64,000 nucleotides of DNA from Amoebophrya sp. A120 (taxonomy: Eukaryota; Protista; Dinoflagellata), in assembly GCA_905178155.1 (NCBI GenBank), contig CAJINV010000016.1, positions 773,386-837,385 of the forward strand, read 5' to 3'. Made by a program: the position numbers and the translations under genes. Below are positions 61,330-64,000 of the stretch, in pieces (positions within the stretch are counted from its first letter, which is position 1; the number at the start of each line of letters is the position of its first letter). The notes beneath the pieces are model-generated. The model saw only the letters and a program-made list of their open reading frames with translations, did no database searches and was not told the DNA's origin.

Positions 61330-63691
61330 CGAATACATATGTCGACCGAATAGGTAGATAGTGTTCGCCCACAATAGAGCAGAAAACATCTGTTTGCCTT
61401 TCTATTCGTCTTTGCTGCAAGGAAAGTTTCGGTTTCGATTGCAACCACGTCCGAATTATACTAGCTAAGGATTACATTTACAACACAACGCACTTTTTGC
61501 ACCACTTTTTCTGAAATTGGAGATTTATTTCTCACTTGCGACGACAAGAAATCATATTCGTGCAGCACGACGAACCGGCGACAATCACAAGAAGCAGAAG
61601 GGTGCACACTCTCTTGTGTACTATTTTCTCGAAATGACAAAATCAAAATCTCTACGCAACGGCGCACGACTGGCTCCTCTCTTCCGCATTTTTCGCTGGC
61701 TTCGGCGAGAATTGAGATTGACGCTACGAAAGAGCTTTTTCCGTGTGTCTGTGTTGTATGTACTCATGAAGACCGACAAGCAAGGGCTTGTTCTATTTAC
61801 GTTTATGGCAACATTTCTCCCTCGGCGAGCAATATAATCTCTCGTCCTTGGCTCGTGTCGGCTTTTGTTGCAAGTTTCGGAAACCAACTCTTCATCTTCC
61901 AATGTTGTTTTCGTTTCGCTTTCCGATTCGTTATTTTTAAGTTTAGAGAGAATCAAATGGGCGTCAAAATAAACGGCGTCAGGCCGATGGCTGGAAAAAT
62001 TTCTTCTAGTTTTTTTTTTCTAAATGTCAATGACAACTCAATAAAGCAGTTTTCAAATAATACCAAGCCCTCTGCCGTCAATAGGAAATGAGAGGTTTTT
62101 CATACAGAAAGTATAAAAAAGGAGGGGTTCTGTAGCAAAGCGCTTCTGGTTTCGGGAAGTTAAGCAAATCTCTGTGGCAAGAATCGGCCTTATGTACTAC
62201 AAAGTCTTGTTGTGTGTAGCTAGCGAGACAAATACAGTCAAAGCAGGGTTTGCTTTGTCTCACACAAAAGTCGCTTTTCGAGAACTTCTTCGTACTCACA
62301 GATTGCTTGTATTTTTCAATATATAGAAGTCAGAATTCTTCTACTTCTGAAGAAAACGACAAAAGTTCCAGTACTAGTCCGCCCGTATTTATTATTTACT
62401 ACGACCACCTACTTATATTTTGATTTTTCGCTTGCGCGTTAGCTAAGCAGTGCGACCTCCACCGCTGCAGTACCGCTGCTACTGAAAATAAGTAACGCGG
62501 AGCAAGGGACATTCATACACTTACACCCGAATCAGGATGATGGTACCGCTCACCGAAATAATCAATTTCGAAATGTTTTGTTGAAAAAAATCGATCGACT
62601 GGACTCACTAGGGGCGTGATTTACCTACTGTTGTTTCATGACCTGCTGGTTCACTGCATTTATTTTCTTTTGTGTAGGAAAAGAATTTAGAATAAGAAAC
62701 CTTAACTTTATTGACTGGTTGCAATTGCATCAATCTTCACTCTCATCATGCCACCGCTGGCAATGACAGTCTCGCATCCACCGTCGTCGAGACCAAAGCC
62801 TGGGCAGCTACCGCAGTATTTCCTGCATCCGGTTTCTTGAAAGATAGCCACTCTCGTTCTGTTCTTCCTCTTCCGAAGTAGATCGGAGGGTCTCACTTTC
62901 TGACGATCGCCTGCAACGATTGAATAGCAGTTTCGATCACAGGAACTACGCTCTTTAGAAGTTTGTTGAGTATTGAAAGATCCGATTGCAGGAGGCGCGC
63001 TAAGGATCTCTGACGCACCACTCAGATTTTAGCGCCCTGGTTTGCCACTGCGCTTGCTTTTCATGCACGCTCACATTCATCATACTGTTGCTCTTGCTGC
63101 CGATGACTTTGGCATGGAGAAGCTTATAATTCAGGGCTGATCATGATCAACGTGAGGATAATGATAGACAAAATGCATGATGGTGGTTCTGTCACAGGCC
63201 GCCGAACACGCAGCAGCGTGTTGTGATGTGTTTCAAGGAAGAACGATCAAAGCAGGATCAGACTCCAACTGTATTTTTACAGCTTTGTTTCGATCCAGAT
63301 TTCCATTTACTCTTTTGTAAAGCCTACATCTTCGAGTTCGAGTTCCACTTTAAGCTGCTGTTTTGGTTGTCTACTTTGTCAGTCCAGAAACCATCATCGC
63401 ATGAAAATTTTGGAAGAAATTGTATGATAGAAACGAGGAAACTATAAGAAGGTTACAGTACTCGCTGTCGCTACAGATTTTTGTAAAATCGCGAAACCGA
63501 TGAATCAAGTACGAGTATCGGTACATCTAGTGTATTACAAGAAGAAATCCTAAAGCCATATACAAAATTTCTCAGAAGAACTTTATCCCGAGGTAAAAGA
63601 AACTTACCCGCGGCATCAAGAGCCTTCTAGCTATCGATAGAGCCGGTCAACATCAACTTTTCCAACAACAGAAGACAGAAACAAACAAGCT

Positions 63692-64000
63692 ATGCCCTCC
63701 ATTAACAGTCTGCTTCTGATCGCGCCGCCAGGTGGTGGCAAGGGAACGGTGACGAAACTTTTGCTGAACCGGTGTAAATATGCATAATGCAAAAGTAACG
63801 TACTAGTATAAATTGCATTACAAATTTTGGCAAGAAAAAAAATGGAATTTGTAATGCTGTTTTACCTTAGGAGGAAGATTTGTCATGCGTATTTGCAAGT
63901 AGTACGAGTACGATACTTTTGCACAGCATAGTAAAGCGCTTTTCTCCCAGTACCCGCAGCAGCATTTTTCCATGGGGGATGTGTTGCGGAAAAATTTGGA
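63692..64000 (+). CDS. adk: Adenylate kinase, 3'-partial
   Basis: MPSINSLLLIAPPGGGKGTVTK...RCK|ALFSQYPQQHFSMGDVLRKNL (P-loop and HxSxGDxLR), joined across one introner. Confidence 0.8.
63779..63930. mobile_element. Introner family C
   Basis: DR gtaaa/gtaaa. Confidence 0.9.

Noticed and set aside
59300-63450. Scattered ORFs in the long AT-richer gap
   Set aside because: No recognisable motifs or consistent exon chain; possibly decayed sequence.
435-63930. CRISPR-like array from recurring ~30-bp repeats
   Set aside because: The repeats are inverted pairs dispersed inside eukaryotic exons, with no regular spacers and no cas genes.

Overview
Eukaryotic genomic DNA, most likely from a syndinian dinoflagellate such as Amoebophrya (inferred from the intron architecture). 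It holds about 11 protein-coding genes, all on the + strand: an unknown large protein, an SLC35E3-like nucleotide-sugar transporter, a small basic protein, malate:quinone oxidoreductase, a hexose-6-phosphate mutarotase, a C2-like/coiled-coil protein, delta-tubulin, an OSCA/TMEM63-like channel, an IMP2 peptidase, a Ser/Thr kinase and the start of adenylate kinase. The dominant feature is about 61 short elements (mostly 140-350 bp) with terminal inverted repeats (TIRs). They fall into 8 TIR families plus 9 singletons and almost all follow one rule: 5-bp direct repeat (DR) | TAT...ATA | 5-bp DR. Nearly all interrupt coding exons, and removing the element plus one DR restores the reading frame, so they behave as non-canonical introns (introners). 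They occur in both orientations and share an internal GCATNACAR motif, which also appears in neighbouring GT-AG introns. Five of them carry secondary retroposon-like insertions. All coordinates and translations were worked out by hand from the sequence; no database search was run.
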